64,000 bases of DNA from Armatimonadota bacterium (GCA_037440005.1 JBBIUY010000006.1:1-64000), one strand, 5' to 3'; shown: positions 32,151 through 44,677, numbered from the stretch's first letter. The notes: generated from the letters alone by a model not told the origin. Numbers and translations are program-made.

Positions 32151-32896
32151 CCTCCCCCTCCGCTGACCGGCCGGCCCGCGTCCAGGGCGATCTCCAGCCG
32201 GCGGTTGGCCTTCCCTTTGTTCTCGGTCCGCGTGATCCGCAGGCGGCCGATCTCGGCCGTGCGCGCCACGTGGGTTCCTCCGTCGGCCTGGGCGTCGAAC
32301 CCTTCGATCTCCACGACCCGCACCTGCCGGATCTCCTCGGGCAGGCGGGACCGCGCCAGGCGGGTCAGGTCGGACCGCTCGAACTCCTCCCGGGACACCC
32401 ACCGGACCAGGATGCGGCGGTCCTCGGCGATCACCCGGTTGGCCTCGGCCTCGATGGCGGCCACCCGCGCCGGAGAGAGGTCCTCCAGAGAGAAGTCCAT
32501 CCGCGCCCGCTCGGGATAGATGGCCCCGCCGGTGACCAGCGCTCCGTAGAGCCGGTAGACCACGCCCACCAGCACGTGCAGCGCCGAGTGGTGCCGCATG
32601 ATGGCGTACCGCCGCGCCCAGTCCAGCGCACCGCGCACCGCCGCCCCCTCGGCGGGAGGCGAGCCGTCCAGGACGTGCCACACGGTCTCCCGGTCCCGGC
32701 GCACCTCCGTCACCCGGCCGGCGCCGCCCGCCCACGCCAGCACGCCGGTGTCCGCGGGCTGGCCGCCGCCCCCGGGGTAGAAGGCGGTGGCGTCCAGGGC
32801 CACCGCCGTGCCCTCCACGGCGGTCACCGCGGCGCCAAACTCCCTCAGGTAGGAGTCGTCCAGGTACAGCAGCCGGGTGGCGACCGCCCCGCCCAT
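32147..32896 (-). CDS. alaX: Free-standing alanyl-tRNA editing protein (AlaX-M type)
   Basis: LYLDDSY, FYPGGGGQPADTG, RHHSALH, DGGTHV. Confidence 0.9.
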   Translation of the reverse strand: MGGAVATRLLYLDDSYLREFGAAVTAVEGTAVALDATAFYPGGGGQPADTGVLAWAGGAGRVTEVRRDRETVWHVLDGSPPAEGAAVRGALDWARRYAIMRHHSALHVLVGVVYRLYGALVTGGAIYPERARMDFSLEDLSPARVAAIEAEANRVIAEDRRILVRWVSREEFERSDLTRLARSRLPEEIRQVRVVEIEGFDAQADGGTHVARTAEIGRLRITRTENKGKANRRLEIALDAGRPVSGGGG

Positions 32897-33312
32897 CACA
32901 GCGTCCCTCCCCACCCGCCGAGCACCCGGAAGATGACGTCCCGCTCCCAGGCCCCCCGGGCCAGCGGAGGCAGGTGCTCCACCTGAAAGAACCGCGCCTC
33001 GGAAATCTCTGGCCCCAGGGACGGGGGCCGGTCGGTCTCGCACCGGAAGTGGAACACCAGGCGCCAGACCTCCGCCACCTGGGACTCCACCTCCACCAGC
33101 ACCAGCTCGTCCGGGTCCAGCCCCACCTGCTCCCGCAGCGCCCGGCGGGCGGCCGCCTGCGGCGCCTCCCCGAAGCGCATCCGGTCGCCCACCAGCCGCC
33201 AGCCGGCGGCCCCGTCGGGCGGCGCCGCCGGCCGCACCAGCAGCACCGCGCTGTCGGCCAGGACCACCACGTCGGCCGCCAGGCTGTGCACTCCACAGTC
33301 GCGCGCCTCCAT
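32896..33312 (-). CDS. NUDIX-fold protein with degenerate Nudix box
   Basis: AADVVVL, GEAPQAAARRALREQVGL, EISEARFF. Confidence 0.7.
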   Translation of the reverse strand: MEARDCGVHSLAADVVVLADSAVLLVRPAAPPDGAAGWRLVGDRMRFGEAPQAAARRALREQVGLDPDELVLVEVESQVAEVWRLVFHFRCETDRPPSLGPEISEARFFQVEHLPPLARGAWERDVIFRVLGGWGGTL

Positions 33313-33347
33313 CCGCCAGGCCTCCCGCACCCGTCTGCGGGCGCGCG

Positions 33348-34172
33348 TCACCCGCGCAGCGCGCCCGCCAGGATGCCCCGGATGAAGTACTTGCCCAGGG
33401 TCAGAAAGACCCCCAAAGGCACCAGGACCGTGATGAGGGCCGCCGCCATCTGAAGATTGTACAGGGCCACGTAGCTGCCCTTCACCTCCGCCAGCTTCAC
33501 CTGCACGGTGGTGGTGTACGGCGACGACAGGGTGAGGGCGAGCAGGAACTCGTTCCACACCTGGATGAACACCAAAGTCGCCGTGGAGGCGTAGCCGGGC
33601 AGGGAGACCACCGATGTGATCCGGAAGAAGATCTGCATGCGGGAGGCTCCGTCCACCTCCGCCGACTCCTCCAGCTCCCGGGGCACCGAGAAGAAGAACG
33701 TGGCCATCAGGACCGCCGCCAGGGGGGCGTTGAGGATCAGGTAACTGACGATCAGGCCGGCGTGGGTGAGGGCCAGCCGGGTGGCGGCCACGATCCGCAC
33801 CAGGGGGATCAGCACCGCCTGGTAGGGCAGGTACAGGGCGACGGCCAGCAGCACGAACAGCACCCGGCTGACGGGCCAGCGAAAGCGCGCCAGGAAGTAC
33901 CCGCCCAGCCCGCCCACGAACACCGCCAGGGCCGTGACGGTCACGGCGATCACGGTGGAGTTCACCACAGACGGCCACACCAGCCGCAGGGCGGTGGCGT
34001 AGTTGGCCACCTGCCAGTTCCCCCCGGGCACCAGGTACTGCCGCTGGGTAATCTCCAGGGGCGTCTTCAACGACGTCACCACCATCACGTACACCGGCAG
34101 CAGGTACGCCGCCGACAGGCCGACCACCGCCGCCGCCACCAGCACCCGCAGGGACAGGTCCCGCCGCCTCAT
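33348..34172 (-). CDS. Carbohydrate ABC transporter permease
   Basis: PRELEESAEVDGAS EAA loop, WNEFL. Confidence 0.92.
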   Translation of the reverse strand: MRRRDLSLRVLVAAAVVGLSAAYLLPVYVMVVTSLKTPLEITQRQYLVPGGNWQVANYATALRLVWPSVVNSTVIAVTVTALAVFVGGLGGYFLARFRWPVSRVLFVLLAVALYLPYQAVLIPLVRIVAATRLALTHAGLIVSYLILNAPLAAVLMATFFFSVPRELEESAEVDGASRMQIFFRITSVVSLPGYASTATLVFIQVWNEFLLALTLSSPYTTTVQVKLAEVKGSYVALYNLQMAAALITVLVPLGVFLTLGKYFIRGILAGALRG

Positions 34173-35071
34173 TCGAACCACCGCTGCAGGGCGTAGACGG
34201 TGTAGGGGATGATGATGACGAAGGCCAGGGCGAAGATCACCACCGCCAGCCCCGCCCCCAGGGCCACCAGGTGCTGCTGGAAGGTGGCGATGAACTGAAA
34301 GAGCGCCAGCACGTCGGTGGCGTAGCCCGGCCCACCGAACGTCACCACGTACACGATGTCGAACACCTTCAAGGCGGAGATCAGCAACAGGGAAACCACG
34401 ATCAACACGCCCCCCCGGATGTTGGGCAGGACCACCGCCAGGAGGATCCGCAGCCGGCCGGCCCCATCCAGCATCGCCGACTCCACCATCTCCTGCAGCT
34501 CCACGCTGCGCAGCGACGCCTGCAAGATGAGGACCGTCAGGCCCAGGTACTGCCAGACGAAGATCAGGATCAGCCAGTAGGTGGCGGTGGCCGGGTCGGT
34601 GGTGTACCCGCCGGCCAGCCGGCCCAACCCCACGCTCCGGAGGATGGTGTTCAGCACTCCCCGGTCGGGCTGGTACATCCAAGACCACACGGTCCCCGTC
34701 ACCACGAACGACATGGCCGCGGGGTAAAGGATCAGCGTGCGCAGGTAGGCCTCCAGCCTCCGCACCGGCCCGATCTCCAGCAGGTAGGCGATTCCCAGGC
34801 CCGCCACCACGGTGGGGACCACGCCCAGGACCAGCCAGCGCAGGTTGTTGTGGACGTCCACCCAGAACCGGTCCAGGCTGACCATCAGCCGGTACCAGCG
34901 CAGCCCCGCGAAGCCGTAGCGGGGCGCGGTCCCCTGCCAGTCGGAGACCGACACGTAGAACGTCCAGGCCAGCATCAGGTACAGGACCGCCAGGCACGCC
35001 AGCAGGGGCAGGGCGAAGGGCACCGCCTCGGCCAGGCGGCGGCGGGAGAGGGGGGCGGGGGCGGCGGGCAC
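34169..35071 (-). CDS. Carbohydrate ABC transporter permease
   Basis: ESAMLDGAG EAA loop, LKVFD, GGPG. Confidence 0.92.
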   Translation of the reverse strand: MPAAPAPLSRRRLAEAVPFALPLLACLAVLYLMLAWTFYVSVSDWQGTAPRYGFAGLRWYRLMVSLDRFWVDVHNNLRWLVLGVVPTVVAGLGIAYLLEIGPVRRLEAYLRTLILYPAAMSFVVTGTVWSWMYQPDRGVLNTILRSVGLGRLAGGYTTDPATATYWLILIFVWQYLGLTVLILQASLRSVELQEMVESAMLDGAGRLRILLAVVLPNIRGGVLIVVSLLLISALKVFDIVYVVTFGGPGYATDVLALFQFIATFQQHLVALGAGLAVVIFALAFVIIIPYTVYALQRWFE

Positions 35072-35108
35072 GGGGTGCCTGCGGCGGGCGCCGGGTCGAA
35101 GCGCCCGC

Positions 35109-35144
35109 GGCCGGGCGGGCTCCGAGATCGGGGCCCGCCCGGCC
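35109..35144. other. 16-bp GC-rich stem-loop between binding-protein and permease genes (stabiliser or partial terminator)
   Basis: GGCCGGGCGGGCTCCG-agat-CGGGGCCCGCCCGGCC. Confidence 0.65.
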
Positions 35145-35151
35145 CGTCAGC

Positions 35152-36498
35152 CTACGGCCACCGATACCAGGCCGCCTCGTTCTTCACGTTGTAGGTGGTG
35201 AACAGCTCGGCCACCCGCCGCTGGGTCCCGGCCACGTCGGGCTTGGCGGCAAACGCCGCCGCCACGTCCCAGTAGGCCTGGGTGAAGCTGAACGGCGCGA
35301 TGCTGCCGTGCTGGTCCAGGATCAACTTGCCCGGGTTGGCGCGCACGAAGGTCTGCAGCTCCTGGCGGATCGGGTCGGGGAACCGGGACGGCTCGATGTC
35401 CAGCCGGGCGAACAGGCCGCCCTGGGTGACGTCGGTGGGGATCTGCAGCTCCGGCGACGCCACCACCCGCAGCCAGTCGCGGGTGGTGCGCGGGTGCGGC
35501 GCCCCCTTGGCCAGGCCGTAGGTGTCCGGGTGGAACAGCAGGATCCGGTCGGGCTTCTGGGGGAAGGTCACCGCGCCGAAGTCCCGGCCCGGCTCCCACC
35601 CGCGGCTCTTGAAGTAGCCGATGGCCCAGGTGCCCATCAGGACCATGGCCGAATCTCCGGAGACCACCAGGCCGCACGACTCGTCCCAGGTCAGGCCGGC
35701 GTGGAACGGGTAGATGTACGGCGCCAGCTGGGCCAGCCGCTCCAGGGCGCGCCGGTAGGTGGGGTCGGTGGCCACGTCCACCTCGCCCTTGTACAGCCGC
35801 ACGTAGTACTCTGGGCCGCCCACCTCCAGGATGATGCTGTCCAGGACGAACGCCGCCTCCCACTTCTCCTTGGTGCCCAGCGCCAGGGGCGCCATCCGCG
35901 GGCGGGCGGCCTTGATGGCCCGCGCCACCGCCAGCAGCTCGTCCACGGTGGTGGGCGGCGCCAGCTTGAGCTCGTCAAACAGCTTTTTGTTGTAGTACAG
36001 GATGTTCTGGATGTGCATGTTGAGCGGGACCACGTACGGGTGCCCGCCGATGGTGACGGCGTTCAGCAGCGGCTTGGGGATGGCGTCGGCGTACTTCAGC
36101 TCGGCGTACAGGTCGTCCAGGGGAGTCAAAAAGCCGCCGTCCACGTAGGACTTCAGCTCGGCGCCGCCCAGCGTCTGCCAGGTGTCCGGCGGGATGCCCG
36201 CCGACAGCCGGGCCTGGAGCACCACCCGGTGGCTCACCCCGCCTCCGCCGGCCACGGGGTTCTCCACCAGCTGGATGTCGGGGTACTTCTCCCGCAGCGC
36301 CTGGAACATGGCGTCGGCGGCTTCCCGCTCCCCTCCGGCCGTCCACCAGTGGAAGATCTCCAGCTTGCGCTCCTCGGGCGGAGGGGCCGCCACCCGGCGC
36401 TGGCCCGCCCAGTATCCCGCGCCGCCGGCCACCAGGGCGGCGACGACCACCGCCACCACGACCGGTCCCCACGGAACTCTGGACGCCCCGTTCCCCAC
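35152..36498 (-). CDS. Sugar (glucose-type) ABC substrate-binding protein
   Basis: EIFHWWTAGGE, VAGGGG, PPDTWQ, MGTWA. GTG 36498 with GGAGG RBS; alternative ATG at 36525. Confidence 0.88.
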   Translation of the reverse strand: MGNGASRVPWGPVVVAVVVAALVAGGAGYWAGQRRVAAPPPEERKLEIFHWWTAGGEREAADAMFQALREKYPDIQLVENPVAGGGGVSHRVVLQARLSAGIPPDTWQTLGGAELKSYVDGGFLTPLDDLYAELKYADAIPKPLLNAVTIGGHPYVVPLNMHIQNILYYNKKLFDELKLAPPTTVDELLAVARAIKAARPRMAPLALGTKEKWEAAFVLDSIILEVGGPEYYVRLYKGEVDVATDPTYRRALERLAQLAPYIYPFHAGLTWDESCGLVVSGDSAMVLMGTWAIGYFKSRGWEPGRDFGAVTFPQKPDRILLFHPDTYGLAKGAPHPRTTRDWLRVVASPELQIPTDVTQGGLFARLDIEPSRFPDPIRQELQTFVRANPGKLILDQHGSIAPFSFTQAYWDVAAAFAAKPDVAGTQRRVAELFTTYNVKNEAAWYRWP

Positions 36499-36598
36499 GA
36501 ATCCCACCTCCCGGATCGGACGCATATCGCCCCGCCAAGCCCGGGCGGGGGATCACGCAGCCCCTTCGGCGCGTGCCACCCGTTCCCTGCCGCGCCGG

Positions 36599-37453
36599 TC
36601 AGGACGCCAGGCTCTTGTGGACCACCACGAGCCCGTCCGGGCACCAGGGGTGCGGGGTCCACCGCGAGGGCGGCAGGAACGCCAGCAGCTGAAGGTCGGG
36701 GGTGAACGCCACCAGCCGGTCGGGGCGTGTGTCCTCCACCACCCGCGCCACGGCCGCCCGCTGGCCGTGGGGCGGGCCGTCCACCCACGACAGGACCACC
36801 GTCCCCCCGTGGCGGGCGTACAGGGCGACTCCCAGGACCGCGCCCCCATCGGCGCTGGCGGCGGATTCCGCCACCACCACCCGGCGGTCCCGGGCCAGGC
36901 CCCGCACGATCTCGGGCACCAGCCGGCGAAACCGCCACCCCAGGGGGATCAACCCCTCCCACGCCGCGATCACCGGGCTCTTGTGCGCCACCTGCAGCAC
37001 CCGGGCCGCCTGCGAGGCATCCAGAACGTCCGCCACGACATCCACGGACGCGGACACCGACACCGCGGACGTCTGCGCCACCACGCACCGGGTCAGGGGC
37101 CGGTAGCCGGCGCGCTCGGCCACCGCCAGGGCCGCGTACTCGTGGGAGGGGATCCCCGCGCGCATCACTGCGGCGCCGTAGCGCCGCGCTACCGCTTCCG
37201 CCTCCCGGACCAGCCGGGCGGCGATGCCGCGCCTTTGGGCTGCGGGGTGGACCCGCAGGTTCTCCATCCACGCCTCGGAGCGGCCGACCATGCTGACGTG
37301 GATGCCGCCCACCGCCTGGCCGCCCTCCAGGGCCACCAGCTCGACCCCGGGCTCCTCGCTCCACGCCTGCCACTCCTCGGGCGCGGCCTCCCGCCCTACC
37401 ACCCGGGGCAACGGGGTGACCGACGGACCGGCGGGGCGGACGGTGACGGACAC
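36599..37453 (-). CDS. GNAT family N-acetyltransferase
   Basis: WMENLRVHPAAQRRGIA acetyl-CoA-binding motif. Confidence 0.8.
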   Translation of the reverse strand: MSVTVRPAGPSVTPLPRVVGREAAPEEWQAWSEEPGVELVALEGGQAVGGIHVSMVGRSEAWMENLRVHPAAQRRGIAARLVREAEAVARRYGAAVMRAGIPSHEYAALAVAERAGYRPLTRCVVAQTSAVSVSASVDVVADVLDASQAARVLQVAHKSPVIAAWEGLIPLGWRFRRLVPEIVRGLARDRRVVVAESAASADGGAVLGVALYARHGGTVVLSWVDGPPHGQRAAVARVVEDTRPDRLVAFTPDLQLLAFLPPSRWTPHPWCPDGLVVVHKSLAS

Positions 37454-37498
37454 GAAGCCACCCGGCCACAGACGCGCAGCGGGACGGGCCGGCCTCCT

Positions 37499-38197
37499 CT
37501 AGGTGCCCGCGCGGCTGCGCGCCCGCGCGTCCGCAAGGCGTCGCAGGTCGCCCAGAAGCGCGGCTTCGGCCAGCAGGACGAACACCAGGGAAGACAGCTG
37601 CACGAACGCCTGGCGGACCCGCACCGGCAGACCACGGGCTTCCATCAGACTCACCACCACGTGGCCGCCGTCCAGCGGGTACACCGGCAGCAGGTTCATC
37701 AGCCCCAGGCCCAGGTTCACCGCCCCCGCCACCCGCCCCAGCGGCCCGGCCCCCTGCCGGGCGGCCTGCGCCAGCTGGGCCAGCGCGCCCACCACCCCGG
37801 TCACCTCCACGGCCCTCCCGCCCGCCGGGGCCACAGACGGATGGCGGCGCAGCGCCAGCAGTAGGCCCACGCCTGCCGCGATGTTCGCCACAGGCCCGGC
37901 CAGCAGCACGGGGATGCGCCGGCGCACCGGCAGAGTCTCGGTGTCCACGGCGGCGTAGCCCCCCGCGGGCAGCAGCCGCAGCACCACCGGAACGCCCCGC
38001 AGCGCGACCCGCAGCAGCGGCGGTCCGAACCCCACTCCCACCTCGCGCACCCGGCCCCCCAGCCGCACCGCCACCAGGGCGTGGGCCAGCTCGTGCAGCG
38101 CCACGGTGGCGCCGATCACGCCCGCCGCCGCCAGGCGGCGGCGCAGGGACTCCCCGCCGGCGCTAGTTTCTGGCGGGGATGCGCGCGACGGTTGCAA
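37499..38197 (-). CDS. Site-2 protease (M50), RseP-like without PDZ
   Basis: [26 protein letters not shown]. Confidence 0.85.
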   Translation of the reverse strand: MQPSRASPPETSAGGESLRRRLAAAGVIGATVALHELAHALVAVRLGGRVREVGVGFGPPLLRVALRGVPVVLRLLPAGGYAAVDTETLPVRRRIPVLLAGPVANIAAGVGLLLALRRHPSVAPAGGRAVEVTGVVGALAQLAQAARQGAGPLGRVAGAVNLGLGLMNLLPVYPLDGGHVVVSLMEARGLPVRVRQAFVQLSSLVFVLLAEAALLGDLRRLADARARSRAGT

Positions 38198-40610
38198 GGG
38201 TCTCCCCCTCTCCCAGCTTCAGCACCCGGACGCCCTGGGCGTGGCGGCCCAGCACGGGAATCTGGGAGACCGGGATCCGGTTGAACACGCCGCCGGTGGT
38301 CCCCAGCAGGATCTCGTCGTCGTCGTCCACCGCCCGAACCCCCACCACCGGGCCGGTGCGGGCGGTGACCTTGATGTTGATGACCCCCATCCCGCCGCGG
38401 CTCTTCAGAGGGTACTGGCCCATGGGCGTCCGCTTGCCCAGACCCTGCTCGGTGACCGTGAGCAGGGTGCGCCCTTCCCGGGCGTCGGCCACGCCGACCA
38501 CCTCGTCGCTCTCCCGCAGTCGGATGCCCCGCACGCCCCGGGCCGCCCGGCCCATCTCCCGCACCTGCCCGGCCCGGAAGCGGATGGCCCGGCCTTGCCG
38601 GGTGGCCAGGATGATGTGGGTGTCCTTGCCGATTAGCTTGACGTCCACCAGGCTGTCGCCCCGGTCCAGGGTGATGGCGAAGATCCCCGCCCGCTTGGCG
38701 TTGATGAACTCCATCAGCCCGGTGCGCTTGACCACGCCGCGCCGGGTGACCATGAACACGCTGCCCTCGTCCTCGAAGGAGCGCAGGGCGATCATGGCGT
38801 TGATGCGTTCACCCTGGGCCAGGGCCAGCAGGTTCACCAGCGCCGTGCCCCGGGCCGTGCGGCCGGCCTCGGGAACCTCGTGGGCCTTCATCCGGTACAC
38901 CTTCCCCCGGTCGCTGAACAGCAGCAGGAAGGCGTGGTTGGTGGTGGTCAGCACCTGCTGCACGTAGTCTTCCTCCCGGGTGGGGGCGCCCAGGACGCCG
39001 CGGGTGCCCCGCCGCTGCAGCCGGTAGGTCTCCAGGGGCTGGCGCTTGATGTAGTTGCGGTGGGTCAGGCTGATGACCACGTCGGCGTCGGGAATCAGGT
39101 CCTCGGCCTCGAACTCCTCGGCCTCCTTGCTGGTGATCCGGGTGCGGCGGGGGTCTCCGTACTTCTCCTTGACCTCCAGCAGCTCGGCCCGGATGGCCGC
39201 CATGATGAGTCGCGGCCGCGGCGCGTCGGCGTCCTTGAGCATCTCCCGGTAGCGGGCGATGTCCGCGGCCAGCTGGGCGTACTCCTGGTCGATCTTCTCC
39301 CGCTCCAGCTGGGTGAGCCGCTGCAGCCGCATCTCCAGGATGGCGTCGGCCTGCCGCTCGCTGAGCTTGAACCTGCGGATCAGCCCCTGCCGGGCCGCCG
39401 GGACGTCGGGGGCTTTGCGGATGAGGGCGATGACCGCGTCCAGGTGCCGCAGGGCGACCTTCAGCCCCTCCAGGATGTGGGCGCGCTCTTCGGCCCGGGC
39501 CAGCTCGAAGCGCGTCCGGCGGATCACCACCGTCCGCCGGTGGCGGAGAAAGTGCTCCAGCATCTCCCGCAGGGTCAGGGTGCGGGGCACGCCGTCCACC
39601 AGGGCCAGCATGTTGACCCCGAAGGTGGTCTGCATCTGGGTGTGCTTGTACAGCTGGTTGCGCACAATCTGGGGGTTGCTGTCCCGGCGCAGCTCCACCA
39701 CGATGCGCATGCCGGTCCGGTCCGACTCGTCCCGCAGGTCGGCGACCCCCACCAGCTTCTTGGCGCGCACCAGGTCGGCGATCCGCTGAATGAGGGCCGC
39801 CTTGTTGACCATGAAGGGCAGTTCGGTGATCACCACCGCCGTGCGGCCGCCCCGGAGCTCCTCGATCTCCGCCTTGGCCCGCACCGTGATGCTGCCCCGG
39901 CCGGTGGTGTAGGCCGCCCGGATCCCGTCCCGGCCCAGGATGATCCCGCCGGTGGGGAAGTCGGGGCCCTTGATGATCCGCAGCAGCTCCTCGTCTCCGA
40001 TCTTGGGCGTGTCGATGAGCGCCACCAGGCCGTCCACCAGCTCTCCCAGGTTGTGGGGCGGGATGTTGCTGGCCATGCCCACGGCGATGCCGGCCGCCCC
40101 GTTCATGAGCAGGTTGGGGACCCGAGCGGGCAGGACGGCCGGCTCCCGCTCGAACTCGTCGTAGTTGGGGACGAAGTCCACCGTGTCCTTGTCGATGTCG
40201 GCCAGCAGCTCCAGGGCCAGCGGCGTGAGCCGGCATTCGGTGTACCGCATGGCCGCCGGCGGGTCGCCGTCCATGCTCCCGAAGTTGCCCTGGCCGTCCA
40301 CCAGCGGGTAGCGGAACGACCACGGCTGGGCCATCCGCACCAGGGCCTCGTAGATGGGCACGTCGCCGTGGGGGTGGTACTTCTTCATCACGTCGCCCAC
40401 CACCGCCGCCGACTTGCGGTAGGGCCGGTCGGGCCGCAGGCCCGCCTCCAGCATCCCGTACAGGATGCGCCGCTGCACCGGCTTCAGCCCGTCCCGCACG
40501 TCGGGCAGCGCCCGGCTGACGATCACCGACATGGCGTAGTCGAGGTAGGAGGTCTTCATCTCCTCCTCGATGGGCTTGGGAACGATGCGGGTTTCGTCGG
40601 CCAGAGCCAT
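38163..40610 (-). CDS. gyrA: DNA gyrase subunit A
   Basis: [23 protein letters not shown], GyrA-box variant QRRGTRG. Confidence 0.96.
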   Translation of the reverse strand: MALADETRIVPKPIEEEMKTSYLDYAMSVIVSRALPDVRDGLKPVQRRILYGMLEAGLRPDRPYRKSAAVVGDVMKKYHPHGDVPIYEALVRMAQPWSFRYPLVDGQGNFGSMDGDPPAAMRYTECRLTPLALELLADIDKDTVDFVPNYDEFEREPAVLPARVPNLLMNGAAGIAVGMASNIPPHNLGELVDGLVALIDTPKIGDEELLRIIKGPDFPTGGIILGRDGIRAAYTTGRGSITVRAKAEIEELRGGRTAVVITELPFMVNKAALIQRIADLVRAKKLVGVADLRDESDRTGMRIVVELRRDSNPQIVRNQLYKHTQMQTTFGVNMLALVDGVPRTLTLREMLEHFLRHRRTVVIRRTRFELARAEERAHILEGLKVALRHLDAVIALIRKAPDVPAARQGLIRRFKLSERQADAILEMRLQRLTQLEREKIDQEYAQLAADIARYREMLKDADAPRPRLIMAAIRAELLEVKEKYGDPRRTRITSKEAEEFEAEDLIPDADVVISLTHRNYIKRQPLETYRLQRRGTRGVLGAPTREEDYVQQVLTTTNHAFLLLFSDRGKVYRMKAHEVPEAGRTARGTALVNLLALAQGERINAMIALRSFEDEGSVFMVTRRGVVKRTGLMEFINAKRAGIFAITLDRGDSLVDVKLIGKDTHIILATRQGRAIRFRAGQVREMGRAARGVRGIRLRESDEVVGVADAREGRTLLTVTEQGLGKRTPMGQYPLKSRGGMGVINIKVTARTGPVVGVRAVDDDDEILLGTTGGVFNRIPVSQIPVLGRHAQGVRVLKLGEGETLATVARIPARN

Positions 40611-40682
40611 GAGGGGTCCTCTCACACACCCGGAGTCGGGAGCCCGCGGGCCACAGCCGCCTGCCCGCCGGGCTCCGCCCCG

Positions 40683-42638
<1,956 letters not shown>

Positions 42639-42709
42639 TCAACAAAGGAGGAGGGGCCTCCGACCTCCGGTGCCCCTCCCTGGCCCGATGCTCTGTTCGA
42701 GCACGATTT

Positions 42710-42739
42710 ATCCTATCACGGGGTCAAAACCCCCGTCAA
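42710..42739 (-). promoter_or_regulatory. Sigma70-type gyrB promoter
   Basis: TTGACG-N18-TAGGAT with an extended TG on the minus strand. Confidence 0.65.
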
Positions 42740-43014
42740 CGCGCCCGTCCCCGCCCGCCGCCGGACTGCGCGCGGGTTCTGACGGCCTGCAGGCGCCGCC
42801 TGACCGCCTCCGCCGACAGCGGGCAGGCCAGCACCCCCCTCCGGGTCACCACCACCGTCCGGCAGGCTCCGGGCAGGGAGCCGTCCTCCGGCCCGCCCCC
42901 GGACAGCCGGTCCAGCAGCGGCCCGTTCAGGGCCGAGGCCCGCACGACCCGCACGTCCAGGACGGCCACCACCTCGTCGGCCCGGACCACCGCATCTCCC
43001 AGGCAGACGTACAC
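42736..43014 (-). CDS. DUF370 / RemB-like protein
   Basis: VYVCLGDAVVRADEVVAVLD; GGAGG RBS; position between recF and gyrB. Confidence 0.7.
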   Translation of the reverse strand: MYVCLGDAVVRADEVVAVLDVRVVRASALNGPLLDRLSGGGPEDGSLPGACRTVVVTRRGVLACPLSAEAVRRRLQAVRTRAQSGGGRGRAR

Positions 43015-43034
43015 CCGCCACCTCCGGGAGCCCG

Positions 43035-43346
43035 TCAGGGTGCGCTGTGCGGCCCGACCCTCACCCGCATCTCCTCCAGGACCGGACCCCCCAGGCGCCG
43101 GTTGAGCTCTGCCAGCAGCCCGGACCGGCGGGCGGTCAGCTCCTGGACCCACCCCACCTCGTCCACCTCCACCAGGAGGGTGCGCCCCCGGATCCGCACC
43201 GGCTGGCTGTGCGCCGCCGCCTCCCCCCCCACCACCGCCCCCCACTCCTGGCGGACCAGCGCCTCCCAGGCGGCCCGCTCCACCCCCAGGGCGGCTGCCG
43301 CATCCAGCAGGATCGTTCTAAGCGGGGTGAGCCGTCCGCGCCTCAA
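43035..43346 (-). CDS. DUF721 / DciA family protein
   Basis: WGAVVGGEAAAHSQPVRIRGRTLLVEV..WVQEL pattern; follows recF. Confidence 0.8.
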   Translation of the reverse strand: MRRGRLTPLRTILLDAAAALGVERAAWEALVRQEWGAVVGGEAAAHSQPVRIRGRTLLVEVDEVGWVQELTARRSGLLAELNRRLGGPVLEEMRVRVGPHSAP

Positions 43347-44439
43347 CGGACCCTCCCTCCACCACGAACACGGCCGCCCCCGGCACCTCCCCGACCCCCC
43401 GCAGGGCGGTGGTCGTCAGCAGGACCTGCGCGCCCGCCACGGCCGCCAGCAGCCGGGCCTGGCGGACGTCGTCCAGCGCCTGCAGCACGTCGTCCAGCAG
43501 CAGGACCGGCTCCTCGCCCATCTCCTCCCGCAGGACCCGCCGTTCGGCCAGCCGCAGGGCCACCGCCGCCGCCAGCTGCTGCCCCCGGGAGCCAAATGAC
43601 GCCAGCGGCCGGCCGTCCACCTCCAGGAGCACCTCGTCCAGGTGGGGGCCCACCAGCGTCCGGCCCCGCGCGCGTTCGTCCCGCTGCCGCGCGGCCATGG
43701 AGGCCCTGGCGGCCGCGGTCAGGTCCCGCTCGGTCTGCCCCGCCAGCGCCGGCTGGTAGGTCACCTGCAGCTCCCCGGGTTCTCCCGTCAGGTCGGCGTA
43801 CGCGCGGCGCGCCGCATCGGCCAGCCGCCGGACCACCTCCCTGCGCCGCACGGTCACGGCCGCTCCCAGGCGGGCCACCTGTTCGTCCCACGGGTCCAGG
43901 GCCGCCGGTCCGGCGCCGGTGCGGAGCAGGTGGTTGCGCTGGACCACCGCCCGCACGTACCGCTGGGCCAGGTCGAAGTACGCGGGACTGGCCTGGGCAA
44001 GGACGCGGTCCACCAGCCGCCGCCGCAGGACGGGCGGTCCGGCCACCACCTGCACGTCGTCGGGGCACGTCAGCACACAGGCCAGCCGCCCGAACAAGCC
44101 CGCCCGGCGTCCGGGAACGCCGTTGACGCGCACCTCCTTCCACAGCCGCCCCGCCTCCGGCGATGCCGCGTCCCGGCGCAGCAGGACATCCACCTCCACC
44201 ACACGCCCGGCGCGCACCCCGGCGACCTGGACCCGCGCCCAACTCTCACCCGCGGCGATCACCTCCGCATCCCGCCGGGTGCGGTGGGACCGCCCGGTGG
44301 CCGCCATCTCCACCGCCTCCAGCAGAGACGTCTTGCCCTGGGCGCTGCGGCCCACAAAAACGTTCATCCCGGGGGCCAGGGCCACGTCGGTCCGCCGGTG
44401 ATTGCGAAAGTTAAGAAGGCGCAGCCGCACCAGCGTCAT
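43318..44439 (-). CDS. recF: DNA replication/repair protein RecF
   Basis: NFRN, GRSAQGKTSLLEA, GPHLDE, SRGQQ, LLDDV. Confidence 0.95.
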   Translation of the reverse strand: MTLVRLRLLNFRNHRRTDVALAPGMNVFVGRSAQGKTSLLEAVEMAATGRSHRTRRDAEVIAAGESWARVQVAGVRAGRVVEVDVLLRRDAASPEAGRLWKEVRVNGVPGRRAGLFGRLACVLTCPDDVQVVAGPPVLRRRLVDRVLAQASPAYFDLAQRYVRAVVQRNHLLRTGAGPAALDPWDEQVARLGAAVTVRRREVVRRLADAARRAYADLTGEPGELQVTYQPALAGQTERDLTAAARASMAARQRDERARGRTLVGPHLDEVLLEVDGRPLASFGSRGQQLAAAVALRLAERRVLREEMGEEPVLLLDDVLQALDDVRQARLLAAVAGAQVLLTTTALRGVGEVPGAAVFVVEGGSVEARTAHPA

Positions 44440-44674
44440 CGGACGCCCGCCGGATCTCCAGCACCTGCCCTCCCACCTGCACCACGTCCCCGGGGCGGAC
44501 CTGTCGTCCCCGCCGACGCTCGATCTCCCCGTTCACCCTCACCAGACCCCGGCGGATCAGCTCTTTGGCCTGGCCGCCGGTGGCGGCCAGGCGGGCCCAC
44601 TTCAGCAACGCCCCCAGGGCAATGGTGTCGGTGCGGATGGCCACCACCCGCCGCCCGGCGCTTCCCGCCGCCAC
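44411..44674 (-). CDS. yaaA: S4-domain RNA-binding protein (YaaA-like)
   Basis: LLKWARLAATGGQAK, VNGEIERRRGRQV; between dnaN and recF. Confidence 0.88.
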   Translation of the reverse strand: MAAGSAGRRVVAIRTDTIALGALLKWARLAATGGQAKELIRRGLVRVNGEIERRRGRQVRPGDVVQVGGQVLEIRRASDDAGAAAPS

Positions 44675-44677
44675 CGC

